Part shown: one piece after another, positions 11,151-20,464 of the stretch
Layout of the letters: each line of letters begins with the position of its first letter
Position numbering within the stretch: the first letter of the stretch is position 1
DNA from: Acidobacteriota bacterium
GTDB taxonomy: Bacteria > Acidobacteriota > UBA6911
Direction of reading: 5' to 3'
Length of the DNA: 64,000 bases
Assembly: GCA_963664705.1 (NCBI GenBank)
Contig: OY761556.1
Location: 640,001 to 704,000, forward strand
Program-made: the position numbers and the translations under genes
The notes under the pieces: model-generated
The model's database searches: none
Told to the model about the DNA's origin: nothing
What the model saw: the letters and a program-made list of their open reading frames with translations, nothing else

Positions 11151-11477
11151 TTACATCTCGACCCATTTGCCATGACCTTCCCAGACACGAAGGGTAAATG
11201 GAAATGCAATATGCTCGCCCAGCTTTGTTTTGATAGCTTCGCAAATATTCTCAACCGAAGGATAGGAAAGGATATCGTTCAGGGTTTTATGATCAAAAAA
11301 GCCCAAAGCGGTTTTGATCGATTTCTTCAGCTCTGAGAAATCGAGGATCATTCCGTCCTTCTTCTCCCCCTCGATAACAACCTCAATCTTGTAGGTGTGG
11401 CCGTGCAGGGACCCGCATTTGTCATGTCCGGGCAGAAAGTGGGCACAATCGATATAGTCAATCACCCCTAGCTTCAT
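11151..11477 (-). CDS. queD: 6-carboxytetrahydropterin synthase
   Basis: AHFL...C..LHGHTY, DHKTLN, PSVENI and VWE. Confidence 0.9.
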   Translation of the reverse strand: MKLGVIDYIDCAHFLPGHDKCGSLHGHTYKIEVVIEGEKKDGMILDFSELKKSIKTALGFFDHKTLNDILSYPSVENICEAIKTKLGEHIAFPFTLRVWEGHGKWVEM

Positions 11478-11564
11478 TCTATACTCCCTGGCTTATAAAG
11501 CCCATTGTACCATTTGCTTGGATGAATTTACGATCGGATGCGTGCTGCCGTCAAACCGTTATCC

Positions 11565-12344
11565 CTATTTCTTCTCATCCCCGGCCAGGGAAGGATATAG
11601 CGTCGGGCTGAATAGCATTCGAGTCAGTTTCTCATCGGAACTCATCAGGCCGTTAACCGTCTGCTGCGCTTTCCCTGGGTCGGCAGTCACCGACCACCCA
11701 TACTCCCGATCCACAGTCTCCGCCAAATCCTTGAGAGATGAGAGTGTTACTCCCTTATTGCGAGGCTGCTCAAACGGCTTGGATACGAGGTAGCGCAGGA
11801 ATTGAATATAGGCTTCGTAAAAGCCCTCTCCCACGGCGTCCAGTTTTCCCGATCGCAGGAATCGAAATGGCACGAGGTTTGCCTTGGCCGGAATAAAGTC
11901 CACAATAAGGGAAATGCCGTTTTTCGTGGGCGTCAATTCTCCCAGGACTGCCCATTTTGCCGTCATCCAGTTCGCAACCGTTGCAGCCGATTCCTCCGTG
12001 AATGTATGGGGGGATCCTGCGACATTTATCGCCGTGGGCATCGTTTGCCAGAGAGGGATAATTTCCAGCCCTTTCGCGTTCTCTCCCGTTTTCATCATGA
12101 GGATAGGGGCTGCCATCGACAGCCAACGCAATTCCTTATCTTCCGATTGCACATTGAAGGGGAGAATCACAAGCCGAACCGGAGAGACTGCCACCGCATC
12201 CGGTTTGGCCGCCTTCTTCTTCAGGAAAAAGCAGCCTGTCTGCGAAAGGAGAACCAGCGCCAGAAAGGATGCAGTCATCAGAACACTCAGGCGGGCAGAA
12301 GCCGGGATCCGGCAACTGTATGGCTTCTTCGAATCATTCAGCAT
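11565..12344 (-). CDS. Hypothetical lipoprotein
   Basis: Hydrophobic signal ending in LSQTGC (lipobox-like), followed by VRLVILPF (resembles a TolB_N/CsgG-like strand). Confidence 0.55.
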   Translation of the reverse strand: MLNDSKKPYSCRIPASARLSVLMTASFLALVLLSQTGCFFLKKKAAKPDAVAVSPVRLVILPFNVQSEDKELRWLSMAAPILMMKTGENAKGLEIIPLWQTMPTAINVAGSPHTFTEESAATVANWMTAKWAVLGELTPTKNGISLIVDFIPAKANLVPFRFLRSGKLDAVGEGFYEAYIQFLRYLVSKPFEQPRNKGVTLSSLKDLAETVDREYGWSVTADPGKAQQTVNGLMSSDEKLTRMLFSPTLYPSLAGDEKK

Positions 12345-12739
12345 TTTGTGTTATCCATTCTGAACTGCGCGTATGAGGAGCTGATCAAGAATTTGTCGTG
12401 CCTGCTCCCCATTGCCGGATTAAAGCTCAAATCAGGTAAGTGGCCTATTTTCTTCTAGTTCATTGCCAAGTACTGCGGGCGGGCTACCTGCTCGCCTTGC
12501 CAGTTTCGAAACGTACGGACTATCCTTATCACAACTCCTTAAAACACGCAATCCGTTGGTGAGCAGTCCTCTGCCGTTGGGTATGGGCAAATATGGCCAT
12601 ACCGGCCCACCGATACCGGGCACCTCCTGGCCATCCATTTTGGTCTCGGCCTACGATGTGCTGGAGCACGGATAAGCGTACATTGAGCTCCATGAAAACG
12701 AAGCCCCGAACCCAAACCGGAAGTGAGGCGGAGAAGAAG

Positions 12740-13606
12740 ATGGTCAAATCCTGCAGACTAATGTCCTGGATCATTCTATTGTTCCTCTGCGTTTTTGCAG
12801 CGGATGCATCGGCATTAACGATCGTGCCTCATTTTGTAGGCGGCAAGGCCCCGGCCAATGCAGCGGGCGGCGGCAATTTGACGGAGATTGTGACCACGGC
12901 TGCCCGTATTTGGGAATCGGCCTATTCTGATCCAATTGTTCTGGATCTCTACTACGGATGGGGAGATGCCGGAGATGCCGGGACTCACACGCTGCAACAG
13001 AGCGATGCCCAGGGCAGGGAAGTGTCCGGTGTTATTGTTTTCGACAACAGCGGGTCCGTTTCCTTTTTCCTCGACCCTACTCCGGCGGTTAACGAAGAGT
13101 ACCATCGTTTGACCAATGAATATCAGGATCTGGGCGATGGATCCATCAATGTGGCGAGGATTCTCGGACGACCGACCGGAGAAGCCGCCGGCCGTATCGA
13201 CCTTCTCTCCGTGGCTTTGCACGAAATCGGCCATGCTTTGGGCTTGAGTACATCGAATATCGGCTTCCTGAAACAGACTTCCGGCGGATCGCTCCGGATT
13301 TCCAGCCAATATCCTTTTACCGGAACAGAGATTCCTTTGGCACGCAACAATTCGGGTGTCATTGCCCACTTTGATGCCAACATTCTCGTGTACGGCTCCA
13401 TTATGAGCGGAGTGAATGCGGACGAGCGACGCCTCCCCTCGGATTTGGATATTCTGGCCAACGCACAGGTCAGCGGGTTTGCGCTGGCCGCGGATGCGAT
13501 ATCTTCTACAACACAGGGAATTGAACAGTCCCGGAATCGTTCCTTTGAAACGGGCGGCGGGATGCAGAGTCGCGTTGCTCTTGAACAAGTCGGATCGAGA
13601 AGATAA
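12740..13606 (+). CDS. Secreted zinc metalloprotease-like protein (matrixin/metzincin-like)
   Basis: Signal peptide ending ADASA; DLLSVALHEIGHALGL; later AHF and SIM (Met-turn-like). Start ATG 12740 or 12761. Confidence 0.7.
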   Translation: MVKSCRLMSWIILLFLCVFAADASALTIVPHFVGGKAPANAAGGGNLTEIVTTAARIWESAYSDPIVLDLYYGWGDAGDAGTHTLQQSDAQGREVSGVIVFDNSGSVSFFLDPTPAVNEEYHRLTNEYQDLGDGSINVARILGRPTGEAAGRIDLLSVALHEIGHALGLSTSNIGFLKQTSGGSLRISSQYPFTGTEIPLARNNSGVIAHFDANILVYGSIMSGVNADERRLPSDLDILANAQVSGFALAADAISSTTQGIEQSRNRSFETGGGMQSRVALEQVGSRR

Positions 13607-13625
13607 AGGGGGAGAGAATATCCAT

Positions 13626-13931
13626 ATGCAGGCTGAACGGAGACGCAAGGACCGAATGGAATATGCATTGCCGGTGAGCATACGCGGTTCAGAAGAGGGC
13701 GGGCGCGAATATCGATTTGAGGCGGTGGCGAGGAATATCGGGGCCGGTGGCCTCTGTGCTTTTGCGCCGCGAAAAATGAAGATTGGCGAAAAGCTCTCTC
13801 TGCGAGTCCGGTTTGCCCATCCCGGCAACAGGTCGGCCCAGGCGGCAGAAGTGTCTGCCCGTGGCCTTGTTGTGAGAACAGAGGATCGTCCGACAGGGCT
13901 TTGCCTGTTTGCTGTCGCTTTCCTCTTTTAG
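13626..13931 (+). CDS. Stand-alone PilZ domain protein
   Basis: ERRRKDR (RxxxR), RNIGAGGL (variant of D/NxSxxG) and GLVVR...AVAF; GGGGAG RBS upstream. Confidence 0.8.
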   Translation: MQAERRRKDRMEYALPVSIRGSEEGGREYRFEAVARNIGAGGLCAFAPRKMKIGEKLSLRVRFAHPGNRSAQAAEVSARGLVVRTEDRPTGLCLFAVAFLF

Positions 13932-13963
13932 CATTTCAGGAGAAAATAATACCGGCCAGGCTT

Positions 13964-14656
13964 TTAGAGCGGAATCTGGGCAAGGCTGTTGCGATAGGCG
14001 TAAATCAACAGCTCCATCCGGTCTGCCACGTCCAGCTTGGAATAAATCGATGTGAGGTGATGATGCACGGTGATGTCGCTGATAAAGAGCTTTTCAGCGA
14101 TCTGCCGATTTTTCAATCCTTCTCCAACCAGCCTGATGACTTCACGCTCCCGTTCGGTGAGCGAGCTTATCTTCAGCTGTTCCGGATCCGGTTTTTCAGG
14201 ACTGCTCCTTCTCGATAGTTCTCGAAGCAGGGTTGCGGTGGTCGCCCGATCCAGCCATGCTTCGCCCGCATGGACGCACTCGACCGCCTTGATGAGCATG
14301 GCGGCAGGACTATGTTTGGACAGGACGCCGGAAGCCCCCAGCCGCACAGCCTTCCGAAGCAGTTCCTTGTCTCCCGCATCCGAGAGTGCCAGGACTCTTG
14401 TTTTTCCAGAGATCGTCAGGAGCTCAGGAATGAGGTCCATGCCCGTTTCCTGAGAGCCGATGGAGAACAGCACGATGTCGGGCTGTTCCCGTTTCACAAT
14501 GGCAATGGCATCCTGCAGCGCTCCAACACTGCCGATGATTTCGAAATTCTGCTGTTGTGAAAGGAGAAGGCTAAGCCCGGCGCGAAATAGTTCGTGTTCC
14601 TCGATGGCCACAATTCGAATTCTTGCAGGCAATGCGCCCGCCATTTCGCTTCGCAT
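13964..14656 (-). CDS. NarL/LuxR-family response regulator with atypical receiver
   Basis: Receiver fold plus LTEREREVIRLVGEGLKNRQIAEKLFIS..TV..H LuxR HTH. Confidence 0.92.
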   Translation of the reverse strand: MRSEMAGALPARIRIVAIEEHELFRAGLSLLLSQQQNFEIIGSVGALQDAIAIVKREQPDIVLFSIGSQETGMDLIPELLTISGKTRVLALSDAGDKELLRKAVRLGASGVLSKHSPAAMLIKAVECVHAGEAWLDRATTATLLRELSRRSSPEKPDPEQLKISSLTEREREVIRLVGEGLKNRQIAEKLFISDITVHHHLTSIYSKLDVADRMELLIYAYRNSLAQIPL

Positions 14657-14857
14657 AGATGTCTGTCTCGCTCCTACACATCGACATATGAAGCTCTCTT
14701 CCTGAGCGAAATCTTGGGCCGCATCTCCCGTTCGCTATTTTTTTAGCGCGCTGTCGTATCCACGAAATATCGGGAAATGCCGGGAATGGCTTTAGGAAAT
14801 CACTATCGGTGAAATAAACAGGCGGATGCGGAAACAATGTGGGGGAGGAAGAACCCC

Positions 14858-16288
14858 ATGATCTCAAATGAATCCGGCTCCGCCCTGTTGCTCACGCTTG
14901 TCGCCATATTGCTTTTGTCTCTTCTTGGGCTTTTCATCGCGATCGATGCCAATACAGGGGTGAAGATCAGTGACAATTACGAGACTCAAGTCCAGGCTAC
15001 CTACGCCGCCCTGGCCGGATTGAATCACGCCAGAGCCCTGATTCGGGGGATCCCGATTGACGATCTGCTTAAAGGGCCGGATGGTGTGTACAACAATACC
15101 CCGGCCTATCTGATCCAGGCCCGGAAGTTTGATTTTCGCAATGCACTGCCGCTGGCAACCCTTTACGGATTGGATGTTTCCTCTCCAATCATCAGCACGA
15201 CTGGAATATTCGATGACGGAATTATAAGTACAGGATTTTACAATGGGGTCGACGGGACCGCCCTGATCCCTCTGGCCGGGATCGGGTTGCAGGCCGCAAA
15301 TCCCTATGGCGCAGGCATGCTGGTAACAGCCCGCTATTTTGTGAAGGTCACGGATAATAATGGCGAGGCGTCGGAATTATCCGGGGATTCGTCGGATAAC
15401 CCATTTCTGGATGGGGATGGAGTCGTTATCTCGCGATCTATCGGAGTCTCCAGGACGTTCTCCGAAACGGTGGGTCCGGTTGCACGGCTCAACTCTATCG
15501 CAGTTTTCGAGGCGCGCTTCAAACGTATTCTTGCCTTTGATGTGGGCCCGGCTCTCGTTGTTTTGGGAAGTAAGGTCAACGCGTCCTTTAGCGGTACCTA
15601 CGAAATCTGGGGCGATAAGTTCGCAGGAGTCGGTACTATCGACACCGATCTTGCTGATTCCAGCATGCCGGATGCGACCATCGCTTCAGCTGCCGGTTTG
15701 AGCGGCAATATCACCGGTGGGGGATGGCCCGCGCCCTCCGTCCAGGATATTTCCGCAGCGGTGTTTTCAAGCAACAGCAAATCACCGTTGATGAATCCGC
15801 AATTCCTCTGGGATTTCGTGTACACCCGTGCTCCGCGATTTGCTGATTTCTTTTTTAGCGGTAATCAGCATTGGAGTGGCGGCGCAGCGCCTTATGGTGG
15901 AGCCTATGACATTGCCAAGCCATGGAACGCGCCCGGTCAGGATCCCAAAGTCACCGTGGTTCACGGAGACTTGACCATTGATGGAAATTACTCCGGAGGC
16001 GGGCTCCTGATTGTCACCGGAGCACTGTCCTATTCCGGGCATTTTGCTTTTAATGGCTTGGTGCTTGCGATGGGTTCCGGCGTCGTCAATGCCGACGGAT
16101 TGGGGCCTGGAATTCAGGGGGGACTGATTGCTGCTGCGCTGGCAGGGAAAACGTCATTTGGTTCTCCGACAATTTCGATTGGCGCGGCAAGCAAGATTTT
16201 TTCAAACGGGGATGCCGTCAAAACAGCCGCAAGCCTTATCCCCGTTTCCCAAATCAGCTTTCGCGAAATTACCGGGTTGGATCCCTGA
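14858..16288 (+). CDS. PilX-like (type IV minor pilin N-terminus) protein
   Basis: NESG|SALLLTLVAILLLSLLG and QATYAALAGLNHA match the PilX_N pattern; Gly-rich beta-type C-terminus. Confidence 0.72.
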   Translation: MISNESGSALLLTLVAILLLSLLGLFIAIDANTGVKISDNYETQVQATYAALAGLNHARALIRGIPIDDLLKGPDGVYNNTPAYLIQARKFDFRNALPLATLYGLDVSSPIISTTGIFDDGIISTGFYNGVDGTALIPLAGIGLQAANPYGAGMLVTARYFVKVTDNNGEASELSGDSSDNPFLDGDGVVISRSIGVSRTFSETVGPVARLNSIAVFEARFKRILAFDVGPALVVLGSKVNASFSGTYEIWGDKFAGVGTIDTDLADSSMPDATIASAAGLSGNITGGGWPAPSVQDISAAVFSSNSKSPLMNPQFLWDFVYTRAPRFADFFFSGNQHWSGGAAPYGGAYDIAKPWNAPGQDPKVTVVHGDLTIDGNYSGGGLLIVTGALSYSGHFAFNGLVLAMGSGVVNADGLGPGIQGGLIAAALAGKTSFGSPTISIGAASKIFSNGDAVKTAASLIPVSQISFREITGLDP

Positions 16289-16339
16289 CCGCTGCTTTGC
16301 TTATAGCGCAGCAAAAACATGCGGCTTCACGCCGCCGTG

Positions 16340-16567
16340 CTATGCGCTTTTACAGCTGGCGCAACTGGATGAGGAGCAGGACGAGCAGCCCGAAGACATG
16401 GAGTGCGATGTGCCATCGCTACCGCGGGATACGCCGTTAAAGCTGGAATACATCTGTTCCACTTCATCGGACTGGCAGCCGGGGCACTGAACCCCGTTTT
16501 GTGATCCGAAGACCAGCTTTTCGAATTCGGACGCGCATTTCAGGCATTTGTACTCAAATATAGGCAT
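16340..16567 (-). CDS. FmdB-family zinc ribbon protein
   Basis: MPIFEYKCLKC..EFE...CPGC and a C-terminal CSSCSSSSCASC. Confidence 0.88.
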   Translation of the reverse strand: MPIFEYKCLKCASEFEKLVFGSQNGVQCPGCQSDEVEQMYSSFNGVSRGSDGTSHSMSSGCSSCSSSSCASCKSA

Positions 16568-16653
16568 TCCATCTTCCTCTTTAATTTCAAACGCAAATCG
16601 TAGCACAAAAACAGGGATCCATGGTCAGTTCTTTCAAGGCCCGAATCCTCTTG

Positions 16654-17304
16654 TCAGGGTGCATCCGGACGCAGCGGTCGGGAGATTACCTGATCCGGCA
16701 ATTCGTTTACATCATCGTGCCTGCGCGGGAAATGCTCGGCCAGTGCTTTTCCGCATTCTTCAACAGCGTTACAGATCCCCTGGCATGCATTGCCGTCTTT
16801 CATCCCCCGGATGATGAGATCACGCACCTTCTGCCAATGCTGATCTCCCATCTTTTCGTGGATTCCCCGATCCCCGATAACAACGACCTCTCTTTCAAAA
16901 AAGGACAGGTAAATTTCCACTCCATTGGATTCCCGCGTCCGGTAAAGGCCGCTCGCATAGAACTGCATAAAAGCAGCGTCATGGACCCGTGCATCCAGTT
17001 CCTGCCTGGCAATCAGCCAGCGACGGCAGGGAAGATACGGGAGAATGGTGTAAAACAGCGCAAAGGAAAGGAATTCCGCCCAGAGTAAATGGGTCAGGGT
17101 GTGGTCAAAGTACGGCAGCACGAGGAAAATGGCTGTCACAATGACCATTCCGATCAGCGCACCCTGCAGTGTGGCGTGGTAGTAATGAGCCGATGCCGGA
17201 GCCGCAGTGAATACGATTTCGCCCGAGGTGATGGCTTCGGCCTTTTGGATCGCTTCTTCAATTGCCTTGTTGTCCTGCTCACTCAACGGAGTCATTGTTT
17301 GCAC
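16654..17304 (-). CDS. TPM-domain membrane protein (LemA operon)
   Basis: AEAITSGEI, GLYRTRESNGV, GDRGI and NELPD. Confidence 0.85.
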   Translation of the reverse strand: MQTMTPLSEQDNKAIEEAIQKAEAITSGEIVFTAAPASAHYYHATLQGALIGMVIVTAIFLVLPYFDHTLTHLLWAEFLSFALFYTILPYLPCRRWLIARQELDARVHDAAFMQFYASGLYRTRESNGVEIYLSFFEREVVVIGDRGIHEKMGDQHWQKVRDLIIRGMKDGNACQGICNAVEECGKALAEHFPRRHDDVNELPDQVISRPLRPDAP

Positions 17305-17356
17305 TATCTCCTGACGCTATGGGTGCTGCATCCCTTTCCCAATCATCATTGACTGG

Positions 17357-18253
17357 CTACCACCTTCCGGAGCTGCCGCCTCCGCCGAATCCGCCACCGC
17401 CACCGGAGAAACCGCCGCCAAATCCACCCCCACCTCCGCTGAAGCCTCCGCCTCCGCCGAATCCGCCACCCCAGAAGAATGGGCCGGAAGATCCGGGACC
17501 GCGTCCTCCTCCTCCGGCTCGAACCATGGCTCCCATGAATATTCCCAATATGGCGCCCACAACTCCGCCACCCAGGACAAGAGGGAGGCTGTGGCTGATC
17601 AGCGTATATGGAAGGAGCATTCCCGCTCCCGCCCCGAGGATGCCGCCGCCCCATTTTCCGGTAGCGCTCAGAATCCAGAGAAGCGGGAAGAGAAGCACAA
17701 TGATCATGTGCATCAGCCGTCCGCCGGTTGGCCTCCGGGATGACCGCGATTCCTCGTAAGGCGTTCCCTGGTAGACTCCTCGGACGCTTTCGATCATTGC
17801 GGTCACCGCGGCGTCAATGCCGCCGTAATAATCTCCCCGCTTAAACCGGGGGATGAAATCGTTGCGGATGATCTGTCCGGTTCTGGCATCCGTGAGATTG
17901 GATTCCAGTCCGTATCCGACTTCGATACGGACCGCGCGATCCTCCATCGATATCAGGAGAATAGCGCCGTTATCTCGCCCCTTTTGCCCAATCCTCCATG
18001 CCTCGGCGACGCGAATCGAGTATGCCTCCAGCGATTCACCTTGCAGGCTCGGAATGATCAGAACTGCGATTTGCGTGGAATCCGTCTGCTCAAACGCCTG
18101 CAGTCTTGCTTCCAAGCTGGCCTTTTGGTCGGAGTTCAGGATGCCGGCGAGATCCGTCACCCGTGTCTCCAGCCTTGGTACGTCAATCGCGAGAGCGCTC
18201 AGACATTGGAACAGAAATAGCGCTATGCCGAATAAGAATCGGGACATTTTCAC
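17357..18253 (-). CDS. TPM domain protein (YgcG-like)
   Basis: VTDLAGIL, RIEVGYGLE and a Gly-rich tail ending GGGGSSGRW. Confidence 0.9.
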   Translation of the reverse strand: MKMSRFLFGIALFLFQCLSALAIDVPRLETRVTDLAGILNSDQKASLEARLQAFEQTDSTQIAVLIIPSLQGESLEAYSIRVAEAWRIGQKGRDNGAILLISMEDRAVRIEVGYGLESNLTDARTGQIIRNDFIPRFKRGDYYGGIDAAVTAMIESVRGVYQGTPYEESRSSRRPTGGRLMHMIIVLLFPLLWILSATGKWGGGILGAGAGMLLPYTLISHSLPLVLGGGVVGAILGIFMGAMVRAGGGGRGPGSSGPFFWGGGFGGGGGFSGGGGGFGGGFSGGGGGFGGGGSSGRW

Positions 18254-18259
18254 CTTTAC

Positions 18260-18871
18260 CTACTTTGAAAAATCCACAACCGGAGCCTTTTCGCTTCCTG
18301 GAGCAGACTGGAAGTACGCCTTCTCCTTGAAACCGAACAGCCGGGCAAAGATTGCGCCGGGGAATTGCAATACCTTGGTATTGTAGACTTGAGCTGCATC
18401 GTTGAAGCGCTTTCGCTCAACGGTTATCCGGTTTTCGGTGCCTTCGAGCTGACTCTGCAACTGAAGAAAGTTCTCATTGGCCTTCAAATCGGGGTAGCGT
18501 TCAACCACGACCATGAGCCGTGAGAGGGCACTCGACAGGCCTGCCTGAGCTTGTTGATACTTCTGAAACTCGGCAGGGTTGTTCAGCATATCCGGAGTGA
18601 CCTTAATCGAGCCTACCTGTGCTCTGGAGGCTGTTACCGCTTCCAAAGTCTGCTGTTCGTGGGCTGCATACCCTTTCACCGTAGCCACGAGGTTCGGAAT
18701 CAGATCGGCGCGCCGCTGGTAGGTATTTTCCACCTGGGACCACATCGATTTGACGTTTTGCTCCTCACTGACGAGGCTGTTATAAGTACCCATGGCCGAT
18801 ACGCCGAGAATGATAACGGCGATGACAACAATCGCCAGACAGCCAAGCCCCGTAATTGCACCTTTGGTCAT
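18260..18871 (-). CDS. lemA: LemA family protein
   Basis: YQRRADLIPNLV.TVKGYA.HE, ERYPDLKAN and LEGTENRI. Confidence 0.95.
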   Translation of the reverse strand: MTKGAITGLGCLAIVVIAVIILGVSAMGTYNSLVSEEQNVKSMWSQVENTYQRRADLIPNLVATVKGYAAHEQQTLEAVTASRAQVGSIKVTPDMLNNPAEFQKYQQAQAGLSSALSRLMVVVERYPDLKANENFLQLQSQLEGTENRITVERKRFNDAAQVYNTKVLQFPGAIFARLFGFKEKAYFQSAPGSEKAPVVDFSK

Positions 18872-18985
18872 TGCATCCTCCTGAACATAGAATTTGTATT
18901 ATCCCATAAATTCCGGGACAGTCACCATATTCTCCGTATTGGTGGAATTTGCGATTCAAAATGGCGGAAGTCAAAAAAACGGTGT

Positions 18986-20077
18986 TTATTCCCGATTGAA
19001 TCCCACGAAAATCGGCTCCGGATGCAGCCCGATTCCAAACATGGTCCAGACGCGATCCTGAATCTGCTGCATGAGCTCCAGTATTTCCTGCGCTCTGGCG
19101 CCGCCGCGATTGACCAGCGCAAGGCTGTGTTTTGTGGATATCGCGGCACGGCCGACCGAGTACCCTTTGTGAAAACCGGCGTTTTCAATCAGCCATGCGG
19201 CCGGCAGCTTATCCTCGCCCGATGCGGTTCTGAATCGGGGGATGGTTGCATTCGATGCAATCGTGCCCGCAGACTGGGCCTTTCGCTCGGCCTCATCCGC
19301 CGTCTCGGGATTTACGATCGGATTTTTGAAAAACGAGCCCGCGCTCCTGCAATCCGCATCCCCATCATCCAAAGTCATGCCCTTGGATCTGCGTATTTCC
19401 AGGACCGCTTTCCTGGCATCCTGGATGGATGGAGCGACTGCACTGCCGGCAAAGTAGCGCTGCAGGTCCTGGTACTGCAGCGAAGGCTTGCCTCCCGGAC
19501 GCAGCAAATAGCAGACCCGGACAATGATATAGCGTTCTTTTGCCGCTGAATTAAAGAGGCTGGTACGATACTTGAAACAACACTGCGAGTTGGTCAAATC
19601 CTCCAGCGAGAGAGTTGTTCTATCCAGCACTCGCACTGAATGGATAACTTCGCCGGACTCCTGCCCATAAGCGCCGACATTCTGCACCGGTGTTGCTCCG
19701 ACGGTTCCCGGAATGCCGCTCATGCATTCGATCCCGGCGAGATTGTGATCCGTGCACTGCCGGACAAATGAGTCCCATTCTTCTCCGGCCGCCGCCGATA
19801 TAAGCTCGCCATTTTTGTTCTGAAGCCCGTCGATTCCCGCCAATTCAATTTTGAGCACAAGGCCGGAAAATCCCAAGTCGGAAACAACCAGGTTGCTGCC
19901 ACCGCCCAGAATGAACACGGGGCAGCCGCTCCGTTCCGCAAAACGGAGTCCGGCCCTGACCTGATCTTCATTCCGGGCCCTTGCGAAAAACCGGGCCGGC
20001 CCGCCAATCGCAAGCGTCGTGAATGGAGCCAAAGGCACGTATTCCTGAATGTCGAGTTTCGAGCCTGTTTCACTCAT
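18986..20077 (-). CDS. murB: UDP-N-acetylenolpyruvoylglucosamine reductase
   Basis: LGGGSNL, GIPGTVGA.PVQNVGAYG, SAGSFFKNP and KHSLALVN. Confidence 0.95.
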   Translation of the reverse strand: MSETGSKLDIQEYVPLAPFTTLAIGGPARFFARARNEDQVRAGLRFAERSGCPVFILGGGSNLVVSDLGFSGLVLKIELAGIDGLQNKNGELISAAAGEEWDSFVRQCTDHNLAGIECMSGIPGTVGATPVQNVGAYGQESGEVIHSVRVLDRTTLSLEDLTNSQCCFKYRTSLFNSAAKERYIIVRVCYLLRPGGKPSLQYQDLQRYFAGSAVAPSIQDARKAVLEIRRSKGMTLDDGDADCRSAGSFFKNPIVNPETADEAERKAQSAGTIASNATIPRFRTASGEDKLPAAWLIENAGFHKGYSVGRAAISTKHSLALVNRGGARAQEILELMQQIQDRVWTMFGIGLHPEPIFVGFNRE

Positions 20078-20198
20078 GGTTCGAGTCTATGTTCTCTCGA
20101 TATTGTTCGTTTGAGGCTGATAAACCACGGGATATGGTAGCTTGACCGTCCTCCGGGCATCAAGTCTCAATCCAGGCTGAAGCAGCCGGAAAGCATTC

Positions 20199-20227
20199 TT
20201 GTCATAACCAGGGTTTTTCTGTATCCT
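20199..20227 (+). promoter_or_regulatory. Sigma70-type promoter
   Basis: TTGTCA-N17-TATCCT. Confidence 0.6.
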
Positions 20228-20231
20228 CTGG

Positions 20232-20361
20232 GGCTTCGTATCATCACAGTTGCGAATTTCGACGAGCGCATGGGGACATGACAACGGCGCTGGCTACGGC
20301 CAGGTAGTTATGTGGGTGTCCCTGCGGCATATGATTTGTTGAGAGCCACGACTTGTTTTTT
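20232..20361 (+). ncRNA. Candidate structured small RNA or leader
   Basis: Starts at the predicted +1. Nested stems surround CTGGC-TACG-GCCAG, and a T-tract follows at 20356-20361. Confidence 0.4.
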
Positions 20362-20464
20362 GAATCGGGAGCGCGGGCTTTCCGGTTGACGACGCGGGAG
20401 ATTAGACACGGTTACAAAGCAAGTTCCTACGGACACCAAAAAAACTCAAGCCGAGGCGCGCCCT

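Noticed and set aside
12580-12605. GGTATGG-gcaaatatgg-CCATACC hairpin containing GGCAAA, as in c-di-GMP-I riboswitches
   Set aside because: Lacks the GNRA-capped P2 and the GACGCAAA/P3 elements.
17357-17520. GGC/CCG-rich repetitive tract
   Set aside because: It encodes the normal Gly-rich tail of TPM/YgcG proteins.
16654-18871. LemA-TPM-TPM trio as a novel system
   Set aside because: This is a widespread, well-known gene arrangement.
20087-20284. 65-aa ORF upstream of murB
   Set aside because: No RBS or family motif; it overlaps the predicted promoter and hairpin, which explain the region better.
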